A program made the translations under genes and the position numbers. From the human T2T-CHM13v2.0 reference genome, Homo sapiens, in NCBI RefSeq assembly GCF_009914755.1, contig NC_060948.1: a stretch of DNA of 64,000 nucleotides; one strand, written 5' to 3'. This document shows positions 45,540-60,846 of the stretch, one piece after another (the first letter of the stretch is position 1; each line of letters starts with the position of its first letter). The notes beneath the pieces were generated by a model, which was not told the DNA's origin, did not search any database, and worked only from the letters and a program-made list of their open reading frames with translations.

Positions 45540-46445
45540 CTTTGTGGTTTTATCTACTTTTGGTCTTTGATGATGGTGATGTACAGATGGGTTTTCGGTG
45601 TAGATGTCCTTTCTGGTTGTTAGTTTTCCTTCTAACAGACAGGACCCTCAGCTGCAGGTCTGTTGGAATACCCTGCCGTGTGAGGTGTCAGTGTGCCCCT
45701 GCTGGGGGATGCCTCCCAGTTAGGCTGCTCGGGGGTCAGGAGTCAGGGACCCACTTGAGGAGGCAGTCTGCCTGTTCTCAGATCTCCAGCTGCGTGCTGG
45801 GAGAACCACTGCTCTCTTCAAAGCTGTCAGACAGGGACACTTAAGTCTGCAGAGGTTACTGCTGTCTTTTTGTTTGTCTGTGCCCTGCCCCCAGAGGTGG
45901 AGCCTACAGAGGCAGGCAGGCCTCCTTGAGCTGTGGTGGGCTCCACCCAGTTGGAGCTTCCCGGCTGCTTTGTTTACCTAAGCAAGCCTGGGCAATGGCG
46001 GGCGCCCCTCCCCCAGCCTCGCTGCCGCCTTGCAGTTTGATCTCAGACTGCTGTGCTAGCAATCAGCGAGATTCCGTGGGCGTAGGACCCTCTGAGCCAG
46101 GTGTGGGATATAGTCTCGTGGTGCGCCGTTTCTTAAGCCGGTCTGAAAAGCGCAATATTCGGGTGGGAGTGACCCGATTTTCCAGGTGCGTCCGTCACCC
46201 CTTTCTTTGACTCGGAAAGGGAACTCCCTGACCCCTTGCGCTTCCCAGGTGAGGCAATGCCTCGCCCTGCTTCGGCTCGCGCACGGTGCGCACACACACT
46301 GGCCTGCGCCCACTGTCTGGCACTCCCTAGTGAGATGAACCCGGTACCTCAGATGGAAATGCAGAAATCACCCGTCTTCTGCGTCGCTCACCCTGGGAGC
46401 TGTAGACTGGAGCTGTTCCTATTCGGCCATCTTGGCTCCTCCCCC
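45540..46445 (-). promoter_or_regulatory. L1 5'UTR: internal sense promoter (YY1 site), antisense promoter, CpG-rich
   Basis: Complete ~905-bp 5'UTR; CAAGATGGCCG YY1 motif near 46424-46434; many intact CpGs. Confidence 0.9.
45995..46210 (+). CDS. L1 ORF0 (antisense ORF), intact 71 aa
   Basis: MAGAPPPASLPPCSLISDCC...RCVRHPFL, ATG in GCAATGG context. Confidence 0.88.
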   Translation: MAGAPPPASLPPCSLISDCCASNQRDSVGVGPSEPGVGYSLVVRRFLSRSEKRNIRVGVTRFSRCVRHPFL

Positions 46446-49400
46446 TCTAAAATATTTTAAGAGATTTATTCTGAGCCAAATTATGACTGACCAATGGCCT
46501 GTAACACAGGCCTCAGGAGACTGTAAGAACATGTGCCCAAGGTGGTTAGGCCACAACTTTGTTTTATGCATTTTATGGAGACATAAGGCATCAGTTAATG
46601 CATATATGATGTCCACTGGTTCAGTCCAGAAAGCAGAACAACTGGGAAGCAGGGGCTTCCAAGTCATGGGAGGATTCAAAGATTTTCTGATTGTGAATTG
46701 GTTGAAACAGTTATTACCAATAGAAAGGAATGTCTGGGTTGTGATAAGTGGTTGTGGAGACCAAGGTTTTGTCATGCAGATGAAGCCTCCAGGTAGCCGG
46801 CCTCAGAGAGAAGAGATTGTAAATGTTTCTTATCAGACGTAAAGAATCTGTTCTACCAGTAATTCCAAAAGGAAGAAGGGTGTAATTAAGCATGTCCAGC
46901 TCCCACTTCCCATCATGGCCTGACACTAGTTTTTCAGGCTAACTTTGGAATGCCCTTAGCTGACAGTAAGAGTTTATTTAGATGGTGAAGGGGCTTAGAA
47001 TTTTATTTTTGTTTTACAGGAGATAGTATGGAATGGTAAAGAGGACATGATTAGGTATACAAAGATTTAATTCAGTCAGGCTGTAAGAAAAGCTGTAAGA
47101 AGTATCTACCAATCTTTTCTACTCTTCTTTCCACAGAAAACTCCCTTCTCATTTGTATGAGAGATAACACCCACTCCACTCACTCCTCACAACTCCCTAT
47201 TCTTAACAAATTAACTCACATGCAGATCTTATCAAATATTTAATGGAGAGGTATTTCAGGCTTAAAATAAAATATTTCCCCTAAGCATTTGCCTCATTTA
47301 TTTATTTTGTATTTGTTGACCCATATGTATTGAGAGCATTTTTCTTTCAGGCACTGTGTCAGCTATCATGAAAACAAGTAAATTTGTCTTATGCTACAAC
47401 TAAAGTGTAGACAGGGATCAGTAGGAGAATGGGGCAAAGCCTAATTACCTAGAGGAGTCAGGAAGGTATTCCCAGATAAAATGAAATTTAAGTTGTGTCT
47501 CCTGAACCAAGGAAATCCATTAGGACCTAAAGCATTCTAAAATTTCCTTAACATATTCACAATACAGAAAGTTGAGGATGGAGACATTTTTGTGTGTGGC
47601 AGAAAGTATTTGAAGACAAGGGAAGAGTAATAGCATCCCTCAAATAATAGCACAAATGTGGCCTTATATTCTGCATACTTGAAAGATGCCCCTTTCTTAC
47701 GTTATTTTAGGACGCATCTTCAGGAGGCCTGCACAACAGAGTACACTGTTTTCTGGCTCTGTTCCTTACCTCTCAGATAATTTAAATGGCACAGAGTCAA
47801 ATGAAACAAGAGAAAAATGCCAATATATATGGATGTGTTAAACCGTGAGAAGATATAACATAGCTATTTGAGTTGACAGAAAAGCATCAGATAAGTTTCA
47901 AGAAAAGTTTAAAGATAGATGAAAGTAAGGCAACTCAGTTCAGAAAAATATAACCTAAACTATTATATCTATGCTGTCATTTAAGGCCTAGGAACAGGAC
48001 TCAGGTCACTGTTGACTGTGAATTACTCCAGAAAATGATGAAAACAAAGGACTTTACTTACTGTGGAATTCTCATAGAATACAGTGGGGTTCAGTTACAC
48101 CTAAACCACACTAAATTTGGCAACTTCTGTTGGATAACTAAAAACAGAAAAGGAAAAAGCTAAAAGAAAGGCATATCGAGGAATTCAAAGGATGCTAGAT
48201 TATTTTTCTATATGAATTCAAACTTCATAAAAGACTAAGAACAAAACAGGATTAAAGCGTACTCTTTGACCTTTGAAAGAGATATGATGGTTATGATGAA
48301 AATGAAGATGACATCTCCAATTTAGTGAGTGTCAGACACTTGGTTGTTCAGTTTACATATAACATATATTATCTTCCTTTGGCCTTGCCACATGAAGCAG
48401 ATATAGTTTATAAATAGTAGAAATGCATTGTATAACCAGTGACAACTACGTAAATATGAACCTCCTCTGTTGTATGGTAAATACAAAATATAATAAAAGG
48501 TATTCTGTTTCTAACTAAATACCATATTTTTAATGCCTTTATAAGATCTGATTTCAGGAACTGCATGTAAATTTATTAGTATTTTAAATTAAAAATAAAT
48601 TCACTAATATAAGTGTAAAGAAATCAAGTGAGTTTAAATGTCTTAGATAAAATACATCTTTAATTTTTACTTCAGTATAGCTAATAAACAAATCCAGACA
48701 TGGCTCTTGTCAGATAGCTTTTTTCCTATTTGATTTTCCTTCCCTTGTACTTCCTGCACAGCTTTAACATGGCTCCCACAGCCATGCTTTTTCACAATGA
48801 TACGAAGTGTTGAAATTATCTCTTCTTTTTCAGTACACAAAAATATCATTCTACTGTACAACTTACCACCAAACCCTTATTCCCTGCAAGTTTACACTCA
48901 GGATAATCAGCTACTGTCTGAAGTCTCAAATTCTAGTGAAATGAAACATTTTTGTATTATACACATGCACTTATAATATATTCATTAACATGAATGTGCA
49001 TTATGATATAGGACATGGGAAATAAGGCATTTACTTGAGGAACTGCAAATATTTTACATTTGTTCAACAAACACGTTGAGAATTTACAATGTGCAAAGTA
49101 TTGTGGAAGTCTTTCTTCTTTCCTCTTCCCCCAGTAAAAATGTCCAGCTGTCTCGGCAGGAAAAGAGATTGAGAAGTATAATGAAAGCATACTCTCTGGT
49201 CCTTGTCATTACAGCACTTATCCATGAAGTTGCATGCTAGAAACAGGGAGTCAGTCTTTGTGAAAATTTTGGTCACCATCGCAGCTTTAGACTAGGCTGA
49301 AATAAAGAAAGAGTGTATAGGGTCTAGTCTCTTATCCAAAGCCAAGAAAATAGTTATTTCAAGTTTTTATTTTTAATAAGTGAAAGCATTTATTTCTGTA

Positions 49401-49860
49401 TCAAACTACATATATGTTTTATTAATAGAGAGTTTAATAGAATCATGGGTCTGGATAGCACATATTAGAAGACTTGAATTTTAGTACAGTCATAATAAGT
49501 AATTAATTTATAATAAGAGAGGGAAAAAAAGAACTTCAACCCCAATGCCACAAATAAAATAAAAATTTTAAAAAAATTATGAATGCATAGTATAAAATCA
49601 TGTAGTATATTTACTTAATTGAATACATATCAAAAATTGTTGCCTGTAAAGATTTTATGCATACATAATTTCACATAATTATATATATTTATATCATTGT
49701 ATTATAAATACAAAAATATTCATATAATTATAATTACATATAATTTTTAGAACTAGCTTCCTCTAAACAATAATTGAATTCAGAATAATATAAATCATGT
49801 TAAAGAAATATAACATAAATAATTAAAATTATAAGACAGCAGTTCAAAAGTTCAAATACC

Positions 49861-49866
<6 letters not shown>

Positions 49867-49919
<53 letters not shown>

Positions 49920-49920
49920 T
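49867..49920. repeat. (TA)n(CA)n microsatellite
   Basis: About 22 TA units followed by CA units. Confidence 0.97.
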
Positions 49921-49944
49921 GCCTTAGGAGATAAAATTATTTTA

Positions 49945-50009
49945 TTCTTCAATGAAATATTCATTGTTCTTCAATGAAATATTCATTATTCTTCAATGAA
50001 ATAATTCAA
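49945..50009. repeat. 22-bp tandem repeat x3 (TTCTTCAATGAAATATTCATTR)
   Basis: Read directly from the sequence. Confidence 0.9.
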
Positions 50010-51633
50010 CCGATAAGTTTAAATCATTGTTAATTAAGACAATATTATATACTTGAAATTTATATTAATTTTAAGTGTTCAGTTCTAGTTTTATTGTTCA
50101 TACACTGAGCCCTCTTACACACTACCTCAGAAGATGAATATGAGAGCATGATTGCAAATTTCTTTGAAATTTCTCCCCAGCAAAGACTGATTCAGAAAGC
50201 CACATGGGAGAAGCAAAGAAAAGCCAGAGAACACATTCTTTCCTGATCTCTTATATTTGTTCAGAAATACGAAACAACATAAATTGAATTCCAGTTATAG
50301 GTAAAAATGGGGCCATTTCTAGAAAGATGTCTGTGATGGCTCAGACTAGCTCCAATTATATTGCCTTTCTCATTCAAAAAAATTGATCTCCTATTGGCTG
50401 CAGAGAATAATTTGTCTTTTTTATCTGTGATCAAATGAAGATTCATACCTGGTTTCACCGGGAAGTTTAGGATATTGTTGAAAAAAACACTCTTACAAGA
50501 ACTAATTGCACATGACGCTGGAATTAGAATTAATATCTGCTGAGCATTTTACAATTCACAAAGCACATCTATATGTATTATCCTATTTGGTCTCCTAGCA
50601 AACCTGTGAGGAAATATTATTCCCATTTTACAAATAAGGCTCAGAATCTCTGCCTCTTATGGCTGAAACTTTTTTTTTCTACAACAATTTGACTTACCAT
50701 ATGAGAGATGCCAAATAATAGTTGCAATGCCATATATTGCACATGAAATGTATATTTTTAGAGAATCTATGAAACATCCAAATGCTGCTACTATTTTTGA
50801 TAGCATCTTTCATTTAAAACTCTAATTGTTGACTTCTAATATGAACTGAATTACCCTTTAAGGCAATCACTGCAAATAGAAAGTTCTTCATATACAGTAT
50901 TTTCCCAAATTCTTCGTTAAAATCAAAGTACCTTGCAATGAGTTTTACCCTGAGGTTCCAATATTTTAACAATGAAAAGTCTTTTATTAGTCTGGCATAG
51001 AAAAACATCGAATACATCTGCTTAGGAGGAATGAGAAGTTCTTCCTGTAAGATGAAGGTACTAACTCAAGAAGGGAACTTTGGGAACTCCAAAGCTTGTT
51101 CAGTTCCTACTTTATTTTTATCATAAAAATGTGGCATCTTTCCTACTGCTACTATCTAGGTTAGTAGTCAAGGCCTATGTTTTACAATAAATTATTTTAA
51201 GCCATGTTTCATATCCCTTCCTTTGCCTCAGCCACAGAATTCCGAAAAAGCAAAAGTAGAATAATCTCTCTTAGGAGGCTTCTCATTGTACAACTGCAGT
51301 ATATCCAATACTGACATTTGGGTTATAAGAATTCTCCTCAGTCTACCAATCCTAAATATACCCTAGTTTAACATACTCATTATGTCCCTTGCCAAAAAGC
51401 AGTTAGAGAGAGATTGAGAGAGATGGACTATGATATTTAAGTATATCACATGCCTTTAAGCTTTTGTATACAATCAAAAACAACTTTAAATTAGAAAAAG
51501 CTTATTATGTCATCATCCTCTCATTTTAACTACCAAGAAATAACTGTGCAATGACCACTGTGAACATGGTCCCATTATATATGTGATGGGGTTTTCAAAA
51601 GCCTGTTTATAGACAGTAGTGGCTTTCAAAGAA

Positions 51634-51901
51634 TTTTTTTTCTTTCTTTTTTTGAGACAGAGTTTTGCTCTGTCACTCAGGCTGGAGTGCAGTTGTGCGA
51701 TCTTGGCTCACTGCAACCTCTGCCTCCCAGGTTCAAGCGAATCTCCTGCCTCAGCCTCCTGAGTAGCTGAGATTACAGGTGACTGCCACTACGCCTGGTT
51801 AATTTCTGTATTTTTAGGAGATACGGGGTTTCACCATGTTGGCCAGGCTGATCTCGAACTCTTGACCTCAGGTGATCTGCCCACCTCGGCCTCCACCTGG
51901 C
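51634..51901 (-). mobile_element. AluSx-like with deletion near its 5' end
   Basis: Alu dimer; GACCTCAGGTGATCTGCCC; approximate TSD TTCA(A/C)AGAATTT. Confidence 0.9.
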
Positions 51902-52029
51902 AACCTTCACAGAATTTCTAATGACAGTACAAATACATTCACACTGTGTCACTAAAGGGAATGAGAATAAAGACTACCATTAATATTTCCTACAAAGGTT
52001 ACAAATGGTCAGTCATTGTCAGTCACTTA

Positions 52030-53193
<1,164 letters not shown>

Positions 53194-53876
53194 TGATTGT
53201 AATATTCCCTTTACCATTTCTTGTAGTTCAGGTCTAGTGTTGATGAAATCCCTCAGCTTTTGTTTATCTGGTAAAATCTTTATTTCTTCTTCTTATGAGT
53301 TTGAAGGATATTATTGCCAGACATACGGTTCTAGGGTACATTTTTTTTCATTCAGCACTTTAAATATGTCGTGCCACTGTCTCCTGACCTGTAAGGTTTC
53401 CACTGAAAAGTCTGCTGCCAGATGTATTGGGGCTCCATTGTGTTTGTTTCTTGTCTCTTGCTCCTTATAGGACTGTTTCCTAATTTTTGACCTTTGGGAG
53501 TGTGTTATTAAATGCCTTGAGGTTGTCTTCTTTGGGTTAAATCTGCTTTGTGTTCTGTAATGTTCCTGTGCTTGGATACTGATATCTTTCTCCAGGTGTA
53601 GGAAGTTTTCTGTTATTATCCCTTCGAATAAACTTTCTACCCCTGTTTCTTTACCTCCTCTTTAATGCTAGTAACTCTTAGATTTGCCCTTTGAGGTTAT
53701 TTTCTAGATCCCGTAGGCATTCTTCATTTTTTAAATTCTTTTTTCATTTGTGTGTTCTGAGCCTATCTTCAAGCTCACTAATTCTTTATTCTGCTTTATC
53801 GATTCTGCTATTAAAATATATTGATACATTCTTCAGTATGCCAATTGCATTTTTCAGCAACAGAATTTATATTTGA

Positions 53877-54163
<287 letters not shown>

Positions 54164-56611
54164 ATATTAGAGCCTTTTTAATTATTTTGATATCTTGGTT
54201 AAATTCATCTGATAGAATTCTGAATTCCTTCTCTGTGTTATCTTGAATTTCTTTGAGTTTCCTCAACACAGCTCTTTTGAATTCTCTGCCTGAAGCATCA
54301 CAAATCTCTGTTTCTCTAAGATTGATTCCTGTTGCCTTACTTAGTTCGTTTAATGAGGTAATGCTTTCCCAGATGGTGTTTATGCCAGTAGATGTTCTTT
54401 GGTGTCTGGGCATTGAAGAGTTCTGTATTTATGATAGTTTTCACTGTCTGAGCTTATTTGTAGCCATCTTCCTTGGGAAGGCTTTCCAAATGTTTGAGTG
54501 ATTGGGTGTTGTGATCTAACCTTTGTCCCCTTTAGGGGGCACCCAAAGTCCAGTAACATTATGATTCTTCCGGACTCATAGAGGTACTGCCTTGATGGTC
54601 TTGGACAAGATCTAGGAGAATTTTCTGGATTACCAGGCAGAGACTCTTATTCTCTTCCCTTACTTTCTGCCAAACAAAGAGTCTTTCTGTCTGTTCTGAG
54701 CCACCTAAAGCTGAAGGTGGAGTGACACAAGAACCCCTGTTGACACCATTGCTATGACTGTGCTGGGTCAGACCTGAAGCCAGAACAGTGCTGGGTCTCA
54801 CTGAAGGCTTGCTGGAACCACTCTCTAGCTACTGCCTATGTTCACTCAAGACCCCAGGGCTTTACAATCAGCCAATGGCAAAGCCAGCCAGGCCTGTGTT
54901 TTTCCCTTCAGGGTGTCAAGATTCCCCAGGTCCCACATGGGTCCAGATGTGCTGTCCAGGGGTCAGGGACTATAGTCAAAAGCCTTAGAAGTCTACCTGG
55001 TGTTCTACTGTATTGCATCTGAGCTGGCACTCAAATCACAGTTCTTCCCACTCTTCCCTCTCCTTTCCAAAGGCAGAGGAGTCTCACCCTGTAACCACTG
55101 CCACCTCAGGCCGTGAAGTGTACTGCCAGACTTCCAACCAATGTTCCCTTAAGTCCCAAAGGCTCTTAAGTCATCTTGTGATAAATGCTGTCTGGCCTGG
55201 GACTCTCCTTTCAGAGAAGTGGGCTCCTTTCTGACCCAGGTTAAGGCCATAAATGCTATCTAAGAGTCATGTCCTGGAATTGGGAACTCCCAAAGCCCGC
55301 TTGGTGCTCTGCTCCTCTGTGGCCATGCTGTTACCTAAGGTGCCAGATAAAGTCCCCTTTCCTTTTCCCTCTTCTTTTCTCAAGAAGGAGTTTTGCCCCA
55401 TAGATACCACAGCTGATATTGTTCTGAGTCTCACCTGAAGCCAGAAAGCCTCAGAGGTTCACCCAAGACCTTTGATGTAGTTCCTTGGTATCACTGCTGG
55501 TTACTCAGTGCCCAAGGGCTCTCCAGTTGGCAGGTGATGAATGTTATTAGGAATGGGTCTTTTCCTTCAAGGAAGCAGGTTCTTTTCTGGCCCAGGGTGT
55601 GCCTAGAAATGTTATCTGGGAACTACGGCCTGAACAGAGCCCTCACAACTCTGTCTTGTGCCCTATCCTGCTTTGTTTGAGCTGGTATCCAAGACGCAAA
55701 ACAGAGTCCTCCCCGCTCTTCCCTCTCCTCTCCTCAAGCAGAAGGAAGGGATCTCTTTTGGAGCCAAAAGTTGTGTAGCCTGGGGTTAGAAAAGAGGTGA
55801 TGCCAGCATGCCCTTGACCCTGCCACAGCTGGTGTATCAGTAGGTCATGTGCCTACCCAGTCCACTGTCTCTGGGCCCAGTTCAGCCCTAAGACTTGCCT
55901 AAGAGTTGCAGTCCTTATGGCCTAGACTGCCTTTCAAGTTTACTTGGAGATAGAGAGTGCTGCAGCCCATGGTGGTAAGGTTTGTGGGAACTCAAGTTTG
56001 GGTCCTTAAGCTGGGATGGGTGATTCTCCTCTGGCTAGGGCTACTTTAAATTCATTCTCCAAGGGCAGGCATCAGCTGAGTTTGGTCTGTTTTTCCTTTC
56101 TGCTCTAACAGGACGGCACTGAGTTCAAGCCTCACAATTGCTGTATTCTCCCTCCCTTAGTGCCCAGAAAAGCTCTCCACACCATGCAGCTGCTGCTGCT
56201 GCCAGTGGTGGGAGGTTAGGTGGTATTGGTGATTCAGTACTTTTTTTTTTTTTTATCTCTTCAGTGCCTCTTTCAGAAATATGAAGTTAAAACTAGTGCT
56301 ATGAGCGCTTACTTGGTTTTTGGTTGTCATGAAGGTGCTTTTTCTGTGTAGATGCTTGCTAACTGGGTGTTTGTTGGGAGTGGGAGATGATCAATGGAGC
56401 CTTCTATTCCACCATCTTTCTCTGTCTTCTCTATTCTGTGAGAGTTTAAATGTCACATCTGTTTTTGACATTCAAATATCTGTAATTTTATTTTGCTTTG
56501 TAAACACGTGGTCACAAACCAGACAAATAAAGATTAAAGCTATAATTATTTAAAACCTTTTAGACTGGACTTCTAACTTCTGTTATAAATCTATCACCTA
56601 AAGCGTCTTTG

Positions 56612-56760
56612 TTACCCAATGTATGCCTTGAAGACCAGCAGCATCAAAATTGCCTGTGAATATCAGAGAAATGAAAAGTCTCAGTCTCCTCCCATATGAA
56701 CAGTATCATAATCTGTATTTTAACAAGGTACCAAGTGATTTACGTGCCCACAAAAGTTTC
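56612..56760. mobile_element. MER5A-like hAT fragment
   Basis: GACCAGCAGCATCA...AATCTGTATTTTAACAAG. Confidence 0.65.
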
Positions 56761-57045
56761 ATGTAACAGAAAGAACAACAAACTGGGATTTAAGCCTAGC
56801 TCTGCTCCTTTGGCTTTCCTGTCTGTTTCTCCACCTATAAAGAGCAATAATTCTGAAATGACTACCTCAGAGTTAATATACAAATGGTATTAGCATTTAT
56901 GTGAAAGTATTATGAAATTGAAGACATTAAGATAGCTTAAAACAATATGGTTGTTGATCTTCTTAGGAAAAGATTCAAGGGTGGAAATGTAAAAGGGGAA
57001 AACAGATGAGAAGGTGAGTAATGCAATGAATGCTTACCAAAGAAG

Positions 57046-57367
57046 TTATCCTGGATTATCCCAGTGGGCCCTAAATCCAATGACAAGTGTTCTTATGAGA
57101 ACAAGGCAGAGGGATATTAGGCCTAAGAGGAAAAGGCAATTTGACCAAGGAGGCAATGATCGCTGTGATGCAGCCATGAATAAAAGAAAGGCTATCACCC
57201 TCAGAAGCTGGAGAAAGCAACAAATGAATTCTCCTTGAGAGGCTTCTGAGGAAGCACAACCCTGATGACACCTTAATTTTGGACTTCTGGCATCCAAAAC
57301 TGAGAGAAAAATAAATATCTTTTGTTTTAAGCCACTAAGTTTGTGAGAATTTGTTACAGCGGCCCAT
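57046..57367 (+). mobile_element. MLT1B/C LTR (partial)
   Basis: GGGCCCTAAATCCAATGACAAGTG...GACACCTTAATTTTGGACTTCTGG...AATAAA...TTTAAGCCAC. Confidence 0.82.
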
Positions 57368-58279
57368 AAAGGTGGGGAAAAAGGAAGAAAGGCATCTATG
57401 TCAAAGAAGAAAGCATGAACTCACATTCTGTGCACTTTGCAAACAAATGGTAGCTCTTTGTCCAATAGAAAACAATAATGCTGAAGATAATAATAGGAAC
57501 AACTAATAATAATAATGAGCTTAACACACTTTAAAGTATTTTTAAAGCTTTTAAATGATTTGAAGATGCAGAATCTCAATCATTTTCTCTTTGTATATGT
57601 CAGTAAATTGACACTGAAGCTAGTTACCTCTACCCAATCCAAAAATTCTGTAGATAGTTAACTGGGGGGAGGGGAAAGCCAAACAATGCCAGACAATGCT
57701 TAGTAACATATTAAAAAAAAAAAAAAAAAAAAAAAACAAAGCTAGCCACACAAACACAAGTAAACTAACCAACGTGTCTCGGTGTATTAGTTTCCTAGGG
57801 CTGCCATTCTCAAGTTATTTTATACGCTTGCATTTTACTGTGCTTTCTCTGTATTTCCTTTGCTAATGAATTCTCTCTTCCTTTCATCCCACTTGCCCCC
57901 TCCTAACTCCTATTCATGCTTTATTTATCAGCCTAAATAAAATCTCTTCTAGGAAGCCTTCCTTGAGCCATTGATCTCTCATCTACCACCCTAACCAATC
58001 CCACCTCCCAGTCACTCGCCCACTAACGTACATAAACACACAGAGTAGGATGCTTTTATGCTGTGGACACACTGCATTCATCACAGCATATTAATAACTC
58101 GGTAGAATGTGAACACACTGCATTCCTGACAGCATATTATTAATAAATCTGTAGAGTGCATGTTTACTTGCCTTCTTCCCTCTATGGACTTTATCCCCAT
58201 CATGAGTAGAACATAGCAGGGGTGAAAAAGGTATTTTAAGATAAATGAATGCATGAATAACCTTTAAAAATACCAACTA

Positions 58280-58510
58280 CCACTTATAAAGTGTTTTCTG
58301 TCTGCCAGACACTGTTCTAAGTGCTTTATGTGTATTAATGTATATCCTTATAAATGACCTATGTTACATACTATCGATGTTCCCATTTTATAGATCAATA
58401 AACTGAGGCAAAAAAAAACTTAGAGCAAAGTAACATAGGAAGTAAACGGTAGAACCAAGTATTTGCATCCATGCATTCCCACTGCAGACTCCAGGTTCTT
58501 AACCATTATT
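58280..58510 (-). mobile_element. MIR
   Basis: GCCAGACACTGTTCTAAGTGCTTTA...CCCATTTTATAGAT..AAACTGAGGC. Confidence 0.75.
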
Positions 58511-60846
58511 TTAAAAACATAATAGCTAACACAGAATTTATCACACACCAGACATTCTTTTAACTCATCTACATATGTTGATACATTTAATCTCAACACA
58601 TTCATTCAACAAGCGAATGATACGGGCATAACTAGCACCAATAGTGCCTGCATGTCTAAAACTTGGGGGCATGAAACCTGTTTCCGCCAGAGAACTATTT
58701 GTTGTTTAACTAATAAAAGGCAATGCTATCAATTCACATTTGTGAATCAATTGTATTCAAAGCACTTACACACATAAGGTAACCTCTTTTTTCTCTGGGG
58801 CACAATAATTTAAAATAATAACATTAGCAACATTACTTTCCAGTTTTATTTTACATTTTAAATCTTATGTTGTGTGAAGTTGTGCCCAATTTCAGCCTGC
58901 CACAGGATTCCAAGGTAACAACTTGCAAAGCAGCCCTTTAATCACTAGAATTAGTATTTCAGTGGATTTTTGTATGGCAGGTATAGCATGAGTAATGACC
59001 CTGTATAACTCAGTAAGATATGATGATGAAAACTTAGGAGCTTCATGTTGAAAGAGTCCCAACTGGAAGTTAAGAGAGCTAGCTTCAACCTCGGACACTA
59101 ACTGGAAGACAACTTTCCCTGGACCTCAGTTTTTGCATCAGTGAAATTACACGGGGAATGAGCTCTTTATAACTCTAGATGCCTAATTCTGTAAAGCCAC
59201 AAACTACTCATGAAATGTAATCTAATTATTTTATAATATCACTTCCAGCCAGCTTGGCAAAACTAATAAATTGTGGCTCTCTTTTCCTGGCTGGTGAGAC
59301 ATATAAGATAAAAACATGAGCATTATTTACCCAGGATCACAGGTTTGACTAGTAATGAGGACTCTGTCTCTAAAAATCATAGCATTGAATAGAAACTCCT
59401 TTGAGAATATCAATAGTATGCCATGTGTGAGCAGGAAATTACCATCGTGATACCAGTAGATAGCATGTTAACAGAGTATTAATTATGAAGCAGTGCTAAC
59501 TGAATAATACATGGCAGTTATTAAGAGGAGATTTTCAAGGGTCGATATGCTATGACTCAACTGCCAGTCAGTAATGAGATAATACACTACAGAGCCCAGG
59601 TACAAAGAATTGCTGGTGCCAGTGATAAGGATGCGTGATAGCTATCTGGAACTAAAAATCATGGTCTATACATGGTATGAGCTAAGATTTATAAATCTTC
59701 CGGCAGAAAGAGCTATTCAAGCAGTTATAAACCACACATCTGGTAAGCTGTTTTTATGGATCTTGAGTGCAGAGCTAATGAGGCCAGGATAAAACCTCAG
59801 TAGGAAGTCATTTTATAAGATTGCCTCTTTCCTTTTCAGGCATTGTGTAGAATAATAGTAAATATCAAATTGCAACAGAATTACTAAATAAGTAAAGAAT
59901 AGCTTAGCTACCTCTTGAGTGAAGGAGACAACAGAAAAAAAAAATAAAGAGACAAAAGAATCTGTTTTTAGAGCTTCTTACAAGAAAATATGGTTTTAAT
60001 AAATGTTATTGAGTATGAAGAAGTCAGTCATGTCATAAATTCAGGAAGCATCAGATTTACCAAGCATTTATTTTTAGCTCTAGCAAGAGTAAAGAGAATT
60101 CATTAAAATATTACCATGGCAAAACATGAAGCTAAAAGTGATATCACAGTCACATGATTTATTTTCAACAAAAAAAAATTGCATTAACATTGACTTATAG
60201 TATTTCCTTGAAATATAAGACATCTCTCTCCTTTTAGTTAAAGGTCATTTAACCAGCAAGGCAATGGCCTTGTAAAAAAAATTCCTGATAATGCTATTAA
60301 GAAACTAACCTTCTAGCGTGGATGGAGGACAGGAACCAGGAATAGGAGTTCCAAGTTAACAGACATAAATAAACAAAAATATAAAAGATTCTGAAAAATA
60401 TTTTAATTGTTATGTTTTCTTTATTAGGCTATTTTTTTTTTTCATGGTCTCAGTAGTCACTAAAGGCATTCACAGAGAGCATTCTTCTTGATAAAGGAAA
60501 ATAAATTCAAATAAAAGACTGCACTAGATGTAGAACCCAAGTCTTTTCGAAATGAAAGGGGCCTTAAAGATCTTCCAGTAACTCCTGGAAAATTTTCCAA
60601 AGGAACAATTTTGTTTCTCAGAGCAGCCTACTCTCTAACATATTCCAGCTGTCCAGTTAGGTAAGCCAGTGCAATCAGGGAGAACACAGATGAACCAGAT
60701 AAACAACAACAAAAAGATCACTTGGAAAAAAAAGGGTTACTGTCAAGTAATTCAAACTTTGTAATATGAAAGTGTCAGTGTGATAAAACTGCTGATAAAA
60801 TAGCCTGCAGCCATTTTTCCAAAACAGAAAGATGGCACTAATATTG

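Noticed and set aside
46419-46926. Overlapping 70-136 aa ORFs
   Set aside because: Incidental frames in the MER4 LTR and the L1 5' tip.
49945-50009. CRISPR-like repeats
   Set aside because: Units are contiguous with no spacers, in a eukaryotic context.
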